From: Naegleria gruberi
Taxonomy: Eukaryota
DNA: 64,000 bases
NCBI GenBank assembly: GCA_000004985.1
Contig: GG738854.1
Direction: 5' to 3' (one strand)
In this document: piece after piece, positions 45,971 through 58,900 of the stretch
How the letters are laid out: each line of letters begins with the position of its first letter
Numbering within the stretch: position 1 is the first letter of the stretch
Notes under the pieces: generated by a model
Seen by the model: the letters and a program-made list of their open reading frames with translations, nothing else
Database searches by the model: none
What the model was told of the DNA's origin: nothing
Program-made: the position numbers and the translations under genes

Positions 45971-46902
45971 ATGTCTAGCCAACCAACCAATTCAACATGC
46001 TCTTCTGATTGTTCTGCTTCAACTGTTGCTGCAGAAAAGCCAAAACTTTCCTTTGTTGTTTATTGTGCTTCGAGTAGTAAATTGGATGAAAAGTATTTTA
46101 GTGCTGCAACACAAGTTGGTGAGACTTGTGCTCAGAATGGAATTGGAGTGAGATATGGAGGTGGTAATTGTGGTTTGAGTAAGTATTTATGATGAGAATG
46201 CAACTTTTAATTATTCTATTTAATGTTCAATATATTTAATACAATTTAATAATAATATTGAAAAATATTTAATATACGTCTGATGATGAAATAAATTATC
46301 GGAATGCATACAATAGTGGGTACTGTTGCCAAATCATGCATGGATAAGGGTGGATACGTTGTAGGTGTCATCCCAAAGTTCATGGTTGATAAACAATGGG
46401 GAATGGAAAGAAATTTCATCTCTGAATTGGTCATTACCGAAACAATGCACGAAAGAAAAGCCAAAATGATCGAAGATACCGATGCCTGTGTTGCTTTACC
46501 AGGTGGTGTTGGCACCTTTGAAGAATTACTTGAAGGTTCGTTTTGCATTTCATCAATTTCTAATTTTCTTCCAAATTCAAATCCACACTTTCTCAACTTT
46601 CTTAATTTCTCAATTTCTCAAATTTCTTAATAATTTCCCAAAACAATTCTCAATTCATGATAACAGTAATCACTTGGAAAAAGCTTGGAATTTACTGCAA
46701 ACCAATTATCATTGTCAATGTCGATGGATACTACGATCCATTAATTCAATTATTCAACAATGCAGTCAATGAAAAATTCATGAATCCTAAACATTTGGAT
46801 TTATTCTCAGTTGTTAGTAAGGGAGAAGATGTTGTCAAGGCATTCGAAACTGCAGTTCCATGGGATAAGAATAATATTGAATTCATTTCTGAACTTCTTT
46901 AA
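45971..46902 (+). CDS. LOG-family protein (cytokinin riboside 5'-monophosphate phosphoribohydrolase / 'lysine decarboxylase-like'), 3 exons
   Basis: Exons are 45971-46178, 46317-46535 and 46667-46902. The introns are 46179-46316 (gtaagt...caatag, 138 bp) and 46536-46666 (gttcgt...taacag, 131 bp). The spliced protein contains the LOG signatures YGGGNCGLMGTVAKSCMDKGGYVVGVIP and [44 protein letters not shown]. Both motifs are assembled across the introns, which confirms the exon junctions. Confidence 0.85.
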
Positions 46903-47047
46903 GTTTCAGAAAAAAACAGAAAATTTCAAAAAGTAAAAACAATAAAAAAGTTAAATGACATGATTAATAATTCAAAATGACAATGCTCGATCTGTATTTT
47001 GAATTGAAAATTTCTTTGACATTTGTCACTTTAAAAAAAATCAAAAA

Positions 47048-49085
47048 ATGATTAATAAATGGTTTGGCAGTTCGTCATCACCACCGCCACAAGTTTCTTT
47101 TGGAAAGATAAATTCACCAACCAAGTTACCAACTAATTCAAAAGTTTCGGATGAAATTGAACAAAATATTCGAAAGGCTGCAAATGCAATTTTAAAGCAA
47201 GATTGGGAAGTTTTGCAAAATATAAATCTGGAATTGATCATTAATGATAATTCGGTGCAAGGAGAAACATTATTAATGACAGCTGTCAGAAAAAAATGTT
47301 CAAGAGAAATTATTGAATTTTTGGCTCAAGTTTCGAATATTGATTTTATGGTGGTACGTAAATAATTTCACAATTTAAATAATTTAATGTTTGAATAGAA
47401 AAATGTAAGTTTTTTTATTCGAAATACAAGAAATAATTCGAAACTTTATTAGCTTGAGGGAGAAAGTCTTTTAGAAGTAGCTATTCGAAACAAACGATAC
47501 AATACTATAAATCTCTTGAGAAAGAAATACAAGGTTTCTAATGAAATTCGTCCCAAATATTTAATTCAATATTTGTATGCAAAATTGATTTACAGTGATT
47601 CGAATAATTTTGAGGACTTTAGTCTTGACAGTTCTGGAGAGATTAATTGCAATTTCCTTTCGAATTCAAAAGAAGTGGCTTGTCAATTTTTCGAATATGC
47701 AAATTCGTACAGGTCTCTATTGGAAAGTATTGTAAACAAGTCAACTGCCAATGCCATGTCAGTAAGATATATTCTTTCACACAAATCAGTGACATTTGAA
47801 TGTTGGGAGGAATATATTGTGAAAATGTTTGCTGAGATGATGGCGTACAGCTATCCTCATATAATTCAAAAACCAATTTCCTCACCAGAATTAGTCAATC
47901 CTGAAATTGACAGATCAGCAAGATGTGTCATTTCAGGAAATAGAAAAAACAAGCTAACAAAAGTCAAATTGAATGGAATCGAAGTTTTAGAGAAATTTTC
48001 TACAGAAAATGATTTACAAAATGAATTGGACGTTTTTAAGAAAATCAAATGTGACGGAGTTGTTAAATTATTACACGACTTTACTGATGAATATGGAATT
48101 ACTCATTTAATTTTGGAATTGATGGATTGTTCATTGGCTGATTGTTCAACACAATTGACTAATTTTGGAGTTGATAATTTTGGAATGTTAATTCAGGTAT
48201 TATTTATTTGTGTGAAATGTTGTGAAACAATGAAATATTTGCATCGTGATAATATTATTCATTATGATATTAAACCTGCAAATATTTTAATTAACATGAC
48301 AGAGGTTGATGGAATTAAACTTGTTAAGGATGTGAAAATTGCAGACTTTGATGTTTCATTAATTGTTGAAAATGTTGAAACTTATTCAGCAACCATTGGA
48401 GGAACATATCAATATATGGTAAGTCATAATAATGTGATTTCTTGTATTAAAAGTTGTATCAACAAAGGCACCTGAGTTATACGAAAGATTACCTTTCCAA
48501 AAAGCGCAAAATAACTCAATGGAATATGTGTTAACTGCATTTGACGTGTATAGTTTTGGAGTCACCATGTTTGAGTTATTGGCTCGTAGGCATGTTGAAA
48601 CGGATGAGAGATTAGAGTCATTTTTATCTGCTAAAGAACTATTAGAAACATTTCCTTGCTTAACACATGATCAAGCTAGAAAATTAGTCAAAATTGGAAA
48701 CAGTTGTTTAGAAGCAGATCCTAAAAAGAGACCACCATTCGAAAAATTACACAAGTACTTCCTTGAGGTAACTGCTAGTATTTTGAAGAAACCAAAATCA
48801 GAAAGAAATCAGTTATATTCTCTGAGTTTGCAGCAATCTGATAGATATAAGATTCCTCAGCCAGTTTCTAATAACCATTTCACCGAACAAATTACTAAGC
48901 CATCCATAATTGAAAGTCCTGAGAAAAAAGACAAAAAACAATTAACCAACCCTCGCAGGAACCATTCCTCTAATAAGAGAATTGAGAAAGTAAGAGATAT
49001 TGAGCATACAAAAGGCTCTCCAAATGGAGACGAGATTAGGGCAGAAAACAGTGTTGGCAATAGAGGAAACCCAACTCAAAGATAA
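47048..49085 (+). CDS. Ankyrin-repeat + Ser/Thr protein kinase, 3 exons
   Basis: Exons are 47048-47353, 47453-48418 and 48468-49085. Intron 1 is 47354-47452 (gtacgt...ttattag, 99 bp). It joins the ankyrin repeats ...GETLLMTAVRKKCSREIIEFLAQ and LEGESLLEVAIRNKRYNTINLL. Intron 2 is 48419-48467 (gtaagt...aacaaag, 49 bp). It restores the subdomain VIII motif GGTYQYM|APELYERLPFQ. The catalytic loop is LHRDNIIHYDIKPANILI and the DFG-equivalent is IADFDVS. Confidence 0.8.
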
Positions 49086-49129
49086 ATTGTAATACTAACT
49101 CTTTCCAGCATGAGATATTTATCAAAAAA

Positions 49130-50439
49130 CTAGTTTTCAGTTTGAAAACTAATTGCCTTATTAACTATCCTCCTCGTTTCTGGTTTTAATAACAGCAGAG
49201 CATCAGGATTATTCCGATAATGGTCCAATAAATTAGTTGTTTCATTGTGAGCTCTCCTCGTTCCATAAAAATGATACATTTCATCGAATGGCTTGACATC
49301 CGTATGAGGTTGCAATCCAGAATTAATTAATTCCAAGCTCGTAGCAGGTTGCTGGCAATAAACACATTTCTCTAATAATCCTTCAGTAACTAGTTGACCA
49401 GGACAATTTAAAAAATTGTCTTGTTCTTTGTAATATTCCAATTCTGCAAAAGATAATCGATTATTGTCAGTTGTCATTGAATAATCGGCAGCAGTAAGAA
49501 TGTCTTGATCTGAATCATCCATTACTGGTGTTACTACTTGTTGCATTCTCTCTATAGTCTTGCTGTAATTATAAGTTACACAATCTTCACACAAACAGCA
49601 ATGATAACATGGAACAAACTGATAAACTGGTGGAGCACTCAAACATATCACACAAGTTTCAGTTTTCAAATCAGATGGTTTCGAATAGACATTATCAGTC
49701 ATGTGAGATTGATTGCTTCCCATTTTCATTTCCTATTTTTGTTTACAATTTCAATATTTAAAAATCAAGAAGAATCAGAATCACTTACAATCTTTTCTTC
49801 AACTTGTTTCAAATCACTTTCCAATCTATTACGATGCATAACTAATTGTTGTAAATTCATATTCGAAAGAGTATCTACAGCACTTTTAACAGTTGCCAAA
49901 GGTCCATGATTTTCCAAAACTCTTCTCAATTCTCCTCCTCCATTCAACCTCTCAGCAATCAAGTGGTCCAATCCATAATTCACCATATCATGAATTAATC
50001 TATTCAATGAAAACAATGCATATCCATAATAACATATATACAATACTTTTGATAAAAAAGAATCAAATCCAATTCCCAATCTCCATATGTGATATAAAAC
50101 AACAAATGAATCAGGAAAGCCACAAACATAAATCAACACATAATCAGCACTATTAATCGTCTGATTATACAAGAATACTAAATTCGGGATTAAAATATAG
50201 AAAATTGTCTTGAAACCAATAGATGAAACTCTTCTATTCATCATTGGATCCAGTGCCATTTGATCAAATTCATCGTCATCATAGAACCACCAATTATTAT
50301 ACTTTAATATTAGAAAAATCAATCCGATTGTGATGGGACTACATAGTATGGTCAGTATTCGTATGAGTTTGTGATAGAAGGCTCTATCACGTTCGGGAAT
50401 TGGAGAAGGCACAATAAGATTGATGAGGAATTTGTGCAT
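49130..50439 (-). CDS. Multi-pass membrane protein with a C-terminal RING-type zinc finger (putative membrane-anchored E3 ubiquitin ligase), 2 exons
   Basis: Exon A is 50439-49789 (217 codons; 4-5 hydrophobic helices, then a coiled coil ...LKQVEEKI). The minus-strand intron gtaagtgattctg...caaaaatag is 56 bp (plus-strand 49733-49788). Exon B is 49732-49130. It contains the RING pattern CVICLSAPPVYQFVPCYHCCLCEDC and a second Cys pair (FLNCPGQ...CVYCQQ). Both junction phases are 0, and exon lengths are multiples of 3. Confidence 0.7.
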
Positions 50440-50542
50440 TTTTTTTTAATTATTATTAATTTTTAAATTGATTGTTGGCGGGAAAAGAAACATGCGCAAA
50501 TTTGGGAACTATTTACAAATAAACTTTTACTTTACAATAATT

Positions 50543-51596
50543 TTAAAAGATGTGATCGTAAAATCTTTCAGTGAAAATACAATCCATATTTGTGGCCTCT
50601 GTAACCATAACAATAGTATTGTGTCTCAAAGAGTGTTTCAAATCCATGTAAGCCCTTTTCAATACTTTGGTGACATTGGCATTAGGAGTGAAAATGTGCA
50701 AGATTTGCTTTTGCCAAACATCTTCATTTTGAACGCACTTGTTGGCTGTTGTTACTCCTTCCAATTTCTTCTTCAACAAGACTGTGGCATCTTCCATAGA
50801 GAAGTGATCAAATACTTGACCATTCTTGTTTGGTTTGATATATTTGAAAGCTCTGGTGACAGAGACTCCATATTTCTTTCCATTGATAACAACCAAAAAG
50901 TCTGTCTTTTTACAATGCTCATTGACATAGTCAATTTCCATTTCAGTTTTGGTCAATTGAGCATTAAACATTCTTGTTACAATTTCACAAGACAAGGTTT
51001 CAGAAAATATACTACAACCACCAGCATTCTCTTCTTGAAAGACACGTCTAGATCCTTCACACATTCCTTGAGAAATCATTTTAAACATTTCCTGATTATT
51101 CTTGACATCAGAATTCAAATGTTTGGCCTTCTTTTGATTGGTTGGATAAGCTCTGTGCGTAATAAATGCAGGTTGATGAATATTATCAAATGCTCTTTCA
51201 GCCTTGTGATGGAAATCATAATAATTAGTTTCAATAATAAAATCATCACGAATCTTGTAAGTATTCGCTATAGAACGTTTCTTTCGTTGCTGCTGTTCTT
51301 TAGTCCTGCAAAAGATACGAAAGTCGTAATTTACTGGAGCCACAACTGGAAAGATACAGCCCATATTGGCCACAAAGAAGATGATGTTGAGTTGGAGTAG
51401 TCATGTTGAATTGATTGTGGTTGATAAATTCTTCCTTCTTGATCATCATCTTGTTGTTGTGATGTTGTTGTTGTTGTTCGTACTTTTCTTCTTGCTGGAA
51501 CATTTCAAACCGATCATGGAAAGCAACTTGATGATTCATCATTTGTTGTTGTTGGTTAGGGTAATGGCGATTATTATTATTGTTATTGATCATCAT
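50543..51596 (-). CDS. Hypothetical protein: N/Q-rich first exon spliced to a conserved-looking C-terminal domain of unknown function
   Basis: Exon 1 is 51596-51358 (MMINNNNNNRHYPNQQQQ...HHLLCGQYGL). The minus-strand intron gtatctttccag...tatcttttgcag is 52 bp (plus-strand 51306-51357). Exon 2 is 51305-50543 (TKEQQQRKKRSIANTYKIRDDF...FLVVINGKKYGVSVTRAF...). The phases are consistent (239 nt + 1 + 762 nt). I cannot assign a domain family from sequence alone. Confidence 0.45.
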
Positions 51597-52930
51597 CTTT
51601 GTGTGGTATAGTGGTGGTGGTTATTAAAGTATACTTTGATTTGTTATTATTATAATGGTTTATAGAGTGGATTACGAGAGAAATTGTGTGTTGTTTGGTC
51701 AAAGAAGCTACTACTTGTTCTATTTTGCTAAAATTATAAATATCTCTAGAGAGAAATTAATGAATGTTTTTTTGTGTTGTCTATTGCGAATTTGCATTAG
51801 AGGAAGAACTTGGTACCAACATCAACATTATTTTTAGATTGTAAAGTATGCTTGCGCGCCATTTATTGTTGTTATATTTTTGAAATAATAATAAATAACG
51901 ATATTTGTTTAAAAAATAGAAGGACCTGTTGATGGATCTTCATCAAATATTTTCACAAAATCAAAAACATGAATCATGACTAATGAACATATGAATTCAT
52001 CCATTCCAGTATTAAATTGAGTATTAATTCATCAACATCTAGATTATGAATTTTCCAAAAACAAACGAACATCATCAACCACACTTCGGAAGTAAATTAG
52101 CGTCATCTCTGATAACAAAAGTATTTTACCACATTATCTCTTATTTCCGTAGTGCATGATTAAACAGTAGTCGATAATTAATTGAGATTCCAAACACATT
52201 AATTGATATCATGACATCCTTCTTTGCAAAATCATCACACTCCAACTCTACATCAATTGACTTTATGAAACACAATCATCCCAAATCGTAAACATGTCCA
52301 TCCTTTTATGTTCAGGCAAGCATTGATAATTTCCTTCCGAGGCCATCATTCACTCAATTTATTTTAATCCCATTTGATGAATACTTATTGCACAACAGGC
52401 TGACTCTTTTATTGGATTGAGTAATATTCAACTACCGATAATGATGTTATCGAAATACAAAACCCACATCAGTTGAATAAGGACGCAATTTAGAATGCCT
52501 TTCTGACCACCATCAACGCACACAAAGTGTCAGTTAAGCGCTTCTCTCCACTAAAATTGTTTGATGGCTCATGACAAATTGCCTCAAACGCAAGGAAACT
52601 ACAATTTTAAAAAAAAGCATTCTTTTAGCCTCATTGGTTTGTTACTCGTTTTTTTGAAGAATGCCAGCTATTGTTATGAGTGGCACTACTGCCACAAGTA
52701 AAGTGATGGGATTTCACGGTTCTTTATTGGTTTGTATTTTAATGATTTCACTCTTTTTGGTTGACAAATATCATCATACAATGCCATGCTAATGTTTTAT
52801 TGGAATATCTTGTTGGAAATAATAGAAAGGTGGAACCATTACTCAAACAATTGTAAGTTTGTTTACTCTTTCGAATAGAAATTTTTACTTTCCAATAATT
52901 CATTGATAGATCGGTGCTGTAATTTCAAGC

Positions 52931-55900
52931 ATGGTTATTGTTTCTGTTGTAGCTACTGTTATTATGATTTCAACTTCTGTAGGTTACAATCCACCAGAGC
53001 CAAAACCAGATTCATTACAGGCCTATAAGAATACTGCCTATACCATCTATCCTCTTTTGAATGATGTTGATCCAAAAGGAAACAATCTCACCCTCGTCAA
53101 CATTACCCAACCATTGTACGGAACAGCCAAATTACTCGCAGGTAATAAGGTTCAATATACCAGTCCAAAATATTACGCAGGAAATGAAACATTTTATTAT
53201 ACAGTTTATAATGGATATGGATATGCAGAGAGTTATGTTAAAATTGAAGTTTTGAATAGAGTTCCAGAAATTGTAACCATCTATAAGGATATTTCAAAGA
53301 ATAGTCAAAACAATATCATTGATGTTTTCAATTATGTTACTGAGAGTGGAGCTCAAATTAGTGATGTAGATGGTGATATTTTAACAATTGTTAGTATTAC
53401 AACACCAAATGTTGTAGGAGCTGTTGCTACCATTGTTGACTCTCAATTCATTTATTATACTCCACCAACAGGTTATAATAGTGCTGACTTTTTCAATTTT
53501 ACCATTACTGATGGAAATTCAACTGTTAGTGACACTATTTATATCAATGTTTTGAATGATGCTCCAACCAGTAATCCAGATGATTATGTCATTCCAAAGA
53601 ATAAGGTTGCCTCACTCAATTTATTGGCAAACGATTATGATGTCAATTCTGACAATATTACCATTGTTACAGCCAAGTCAGGACTTGGTTCTAAGGGTGT
53701 TGTTGTCTTTTCAGATGATGGTCTCTCTGCTGAATATTATCCATCTGCTGATACTAAGGTCTATAGTGATGCTTTCGAATATACAATCACTGATGGAGAT
53801 AAGGAGTCGGCTACATATGTTTTTGTCAGAGTCAAGAATTCCCCTCCAACCATGGAAAGCAAAACCATTACCATTCCAAAGAACTCTGAGAATAATACCA
53901 TTTCTTTAGAATATGCAGAGAGTGATATTCTCGATACTGTAACAATTACTGTTTCTAAAAAGCCAACTAGGGGAACTTTCACACTTTCACAATTGTCCAC
54001 CTCCAATAACGTTAATTATTTGAATCAACAATGGATGGTTGTAACTCAAAATACTTACACTCTTATTTATACTCCTGAAAAGAGTGTTTCCTACACTGAT
54101 AGCATTACATTCAAGATTGATGATGGCTATGACTTCACATATGCCACCTTTACTCTTAATATTGTCAATTTGCCACCTGTCACTATTAATGATACCATTG
54201 TTTGTCAAAAGAATCAACAAGTCACACTAGATGTTGTTGCCAATGATTATGACTTGAATGGAGATGTCCTCAAGTTATCTTCTTCAGCTGCAGATTGGAC
54301 CAATAGCCGTGGAGGTGCTACAGTCTCAAGAGTTGATGATGTTCAATTGAAATATGTTGCCAAGAGTGGTTTCTTGGGTGAAGATGTTGCCTCATATGTT
54401 GTAACTGATTCTGACAGCACTGCTGCATTGACTTCTACTGGTTATGTTATTGTCACAGTTGTCAATACTCCTCCTGTTGCTGTTGATGATACTATCACCG
54501 TTCCAAAAGGAGTTCTTTCCTCTTTGGATGTATTAATTAATGACAGTGATCCAAACGGAGATGCCATTGATTTCAATGCTACCAGCTTTACATCTACAAG
54601 TGGTGTTGTTTCCAGTGTCAATGTTACTAGTCCAAGAAATTTGTTGAATTATCAAGCTTTTGATGTTGTCTATCAAGATAAGATTACTTATACCATTAAG
54701 GATATTGATGGGGCTACTGCATCTGCCACTATCACCTTAAATGTTGTCAATACTGCTCCCGTTGCTAATGATGATACTATTAGTGTCAAGTGGAATACAA
54801 GCATTGTTATTCCTGTATTGGCCAATGATTATGATCAAAATCCTGCTGATAGAAGCGTTCTCACTGTCAAGACAATTAATGCTGTTTCTTTGAGTGGAGG
54901 TGTTGCTACTTCTTTCAATGGTGGTAAGAGCATCTTGTTCACTCCAACACCTGGTTTTGTTGGAAGCTTTGTTTTTACTTATACTATTACCGATTCTGAT
55001 TTAGAAAGTAATGCTGCAACTGTTACTGTCACTGTTTTTAATAGTGCTCCTGTTCCAGTCAATGATCAAGCTACTACTCACTGGCGTGATACATCAGTTA
55101 CTGTTGATGTGCTCAGTAATGATTCTGATCCAGAGGGTGATAATCTTTATATTCTCAGTGCTACTCAACCAAGTAAGGGTACTGTTTCAATTGTAACTCT
55201 CGATAATGGAAAGGATGGTATCAAATATTCCATCTCATCTTCTCAACAATTTGTCGGTGAGGAAACCATTACCTATACCGTCACTGATTATTCCATGACT
55301 GCAGTAGCTACTCTTAAAGTAACAGTTACAAATCAAGCACCAGTCGCCTTGGGAGATTATGTCAAATTGCATTGGAGTACCTCATCTATTACCATTCCAG
55401 TTTTGGCCAATGATACCGATGCCAACAATGATCCAATTACTATTGGCACAGTTACACCTCCTAATGGATTTGCTGGTACTATTACCAAGATTGATTCAAA
55501 TACCAAACTTCAATTCGTTCCAACTGCTCAATCAAAGGGTGTTCAAGTTGTAACCTATGTTGCTTCTGATGGACAAACCACAAGTGCAGGTGCAAGCTTG
55601 ACAATTGAAGTTACCAATGCTGATGCTCCTTCGGCAAGCACAATTTCTAAAACTGTTCACTGGTCCACTCAAACTACTGGTACTACCATTACATTATTCT
55701 CATCAGCTCGTGATGGAGATGGTGATTTGAATCAAATTGATTTGGCTAGCTCACCAACTGTTGCTCCATCTCACGGTACAGTTACATTGTCTAATGGGGA
55801 TTCCAATACTCTTCCAAACGTTTTGTACAAGCAAAGTACTAACTATCTTGGTTCTGATACTTTCAAGGTACAAGTTACTGATGGTGCAGATAATGCCATT

Positions 55901-58900
55901 TACACTGTCAATATGAACATTTACAACAACAAACCAACTCTCACTGCTGCCTCAACAACAGGTCATTGGTCCAAATTTGCTTCTGGTTATTCAGTTGATG
56001 CCATCTTGTTAACTTCAGCTCAAGATGCCGACTCTCAAGATACTCTTTCACTATCTTCAATTTCTCCAATGGATTTCATTACCATTAATGGAAATCAAAT
56101 CACATTCTTACCTACTGGCTCATTTGCTGGAACAAAGGTCTACACTGTTAATATTACAGATGGTATTGAAATTAGTTCTACATCTTGGACTGTCACTGTT
56201 CAAAACAACGATCCTTCTGCTGTTACAACTACTACAACAATTCACTGGTCTAAGGGATTTGAATTGATTGATGTATTATCTACCATTACAGACGCTGATT
56301 CTGATAGCATTGATTTCTCCCTTGTCAGTACTGCTGCTACAGCAAAAGGTACACCATCCATTCAAGTTTCTGGTTCCAAGAAATTAGTATTGTGGACTCT
56401 TCCATCAGTATCTGTTTCAATGTTAGGAAGTTCATCCTTCTCCATTCAATACACTGACGGATGGAAGACTAAAGAAGCCACCTACACTGTCTCAGTAACA
56501 AATTCTGCTCCAGTTGCCACAGATAAATCAACAACACTCCATTGGTCCAAATATTCAACTGGTGTTTTGATTGATGTCTTGTCAGGTGCTACTGATACCA
56601 ATTCAGAAGATAGTATTTCTTTGACCAGTTCACCATTTTCCTCTCCATCTCATGGAACAGTTTCAGTTAGTGCTGGTAAGGCACTCTATACACCAACACA
56701 AGGATATGTTGGTTCTGATTCATTCACATACTCTGTAACTGATGGTTTGGAAACTTCAACCAAAACTGTCAGTTTGACAATTACCAATCAAAAACCAGTT
56801 GCCAATTCTGACTCTGTCACTATTCACTGGAATACATCTTTTGTTGACATTAATGTATTAGGAAATGATGTAGATTCTGATGCCGAGGATACACCAATTA
56901 TCAAGACCGGCTCAGTTACTACACCAACTCAAGGAACTGCCTCAATTGTTGATGCCACTTTGGGTGTAATTAGATACACCCCATCCCAATCAGTGACAAC
57001 AGGAGCAAAGACCTTCACTTATAAAGTAACAGATGGAGCTGAAATTTCCACTAGTGCAGCAACCGTCACAGTTACTGTTACCAATGCTAATTCACCAAGT
57101 GCTTCTTCCTTGTCAAACACAATGCATTGGAGATCTGCTTTGGTAGGCACCAGCTACTCCTTATTCAATTCTGCTACTGATCCTGATGGTGATGCTCTCA
57201 AAATTAATATCCTTACTAATCCTTCTGGAACTTATTCTATTAACTCTGATGGAACTTCTGTCTTTTTCCAAACGGCTAGTGCAAGTAAGGGAGTTCAAAC
57301 ATGTACCTATACTATTTCAGATGGTTTGTCCACCTCCTCTTCTGCTACCATTACAACAACAGTCACAAACAGTATCCCAACAGCTCAAGATATCTCACTA
57401 AAATATCACTGGAGTATGATTGGAACTGGTTTAACTATTGATGCCATTTCTAAGGCAACTGATAGCGATGCTGCAGATATTGCCAACTTGAAATTGAATT
57501 CAGTTAGTCCCTCTCAAACCTATGGTAACGTTGTTTCAATGAGCCAAGATAAGACTAAGATTATCTATCAACCAACCAATTTACAAGTTGGTAATGATAC
57601 CTTCACATATTCAGTAACTGATGGATTGGACATTTCTACATCGTATACCGTTACAGTAGAAATTACCAGTACTCAAGCAGATCCATCTGATCAAATTTAT
57701 AGTGTTCATTGGAGAGCAGTACCTATTGATTTTAATGTCTTACAAAATGTTTCTAGCAGTGGAAGTGATCAACCAATTTTGGATGGAATTGATACTCCTG
57801 CATCACATGGTACAGTTGCAATTTCACAAGATCAAAAGTATGTGACCTACTCTATGGGAAGTGTCTACGTTGGAACTGACAAATTCGTTCTTAATTATCA
57901 CGTTGGTCTTAGTAATAACAAAATTACTGTAACTGTCAATATTTACAACACACAACCAACTGGTACCTCAAAGACTGTATCTACTCACTGGAGAACTCCA
58001 ATTAATATCAATTTACTTACAGGAGCCAATGATGCTGACTCTCTTGATATTCCAAATCTCTCTGTTCAACTCTCCTCAACACCTTCAAAGGGTGGCTTAT
58101 CCACAGTTTCTTCAGGTAGTGTCACTTACACACCAGAAACAAGTACAAGTGCCTTTATTGGTACCACGTCTTTCAATTTCAAAATTAATGACGGAAATTT
58201 ATTATCATCAAATGTACCTGTATCTGTCACTGTTACAAACACTGCTCCAAAGTCATCTTCAAAGAGTGTCAATGTCTTGTGGAGCGATTTTGTTTCTGGT
58301 AAGGAACTTTCTGTTCTCACATTATCTCCTGCTGATAGTGACGATAATAGTGATCCAATTAGAGTCAAATCATTCGGATCTACAAGTAAGGGAACTGTTG
58401 TAGCTAAAGGTGCATCAGGTTCTGATGCTAATATTGCCATTATTAAGGGTGTTACTGGAGAAAAATATATTGGTGCTGTCTCCTTCACCTATGTTGTGAC
58501 AGATGATGCAGCAAATGGTGATGTTACCACTACTGTCAGTGTCAATGTTTATAACAACAAACCAGTTGCAGTCTCTGATAGTGTCACAACACACTGGAAT
58601 GTCAATTATATTGATATTGATGTGTTGGCAAATGATTCTGATCCAGACTCTAATAGTTTGAGCATTGCCAGTGTTTATGGTTCATCTGCTACTACTGCTC
58701 CAATCATTACTGGTGGTAAGATTAGATATTATCCAAAGACCTCAACTGTTGGTACTGTTGATGTTTTCAAGTATGAACTCAGTGATGGAGCTCAATCAAG
58801 TGAAGGAACTGTCTCTGTCAACGTTACAAACACTAAACCAACAACTAGTTCATTCTCTCAAACCTCTGTATGGTCTGCTGTTAAGAATGGTGTATACTTC

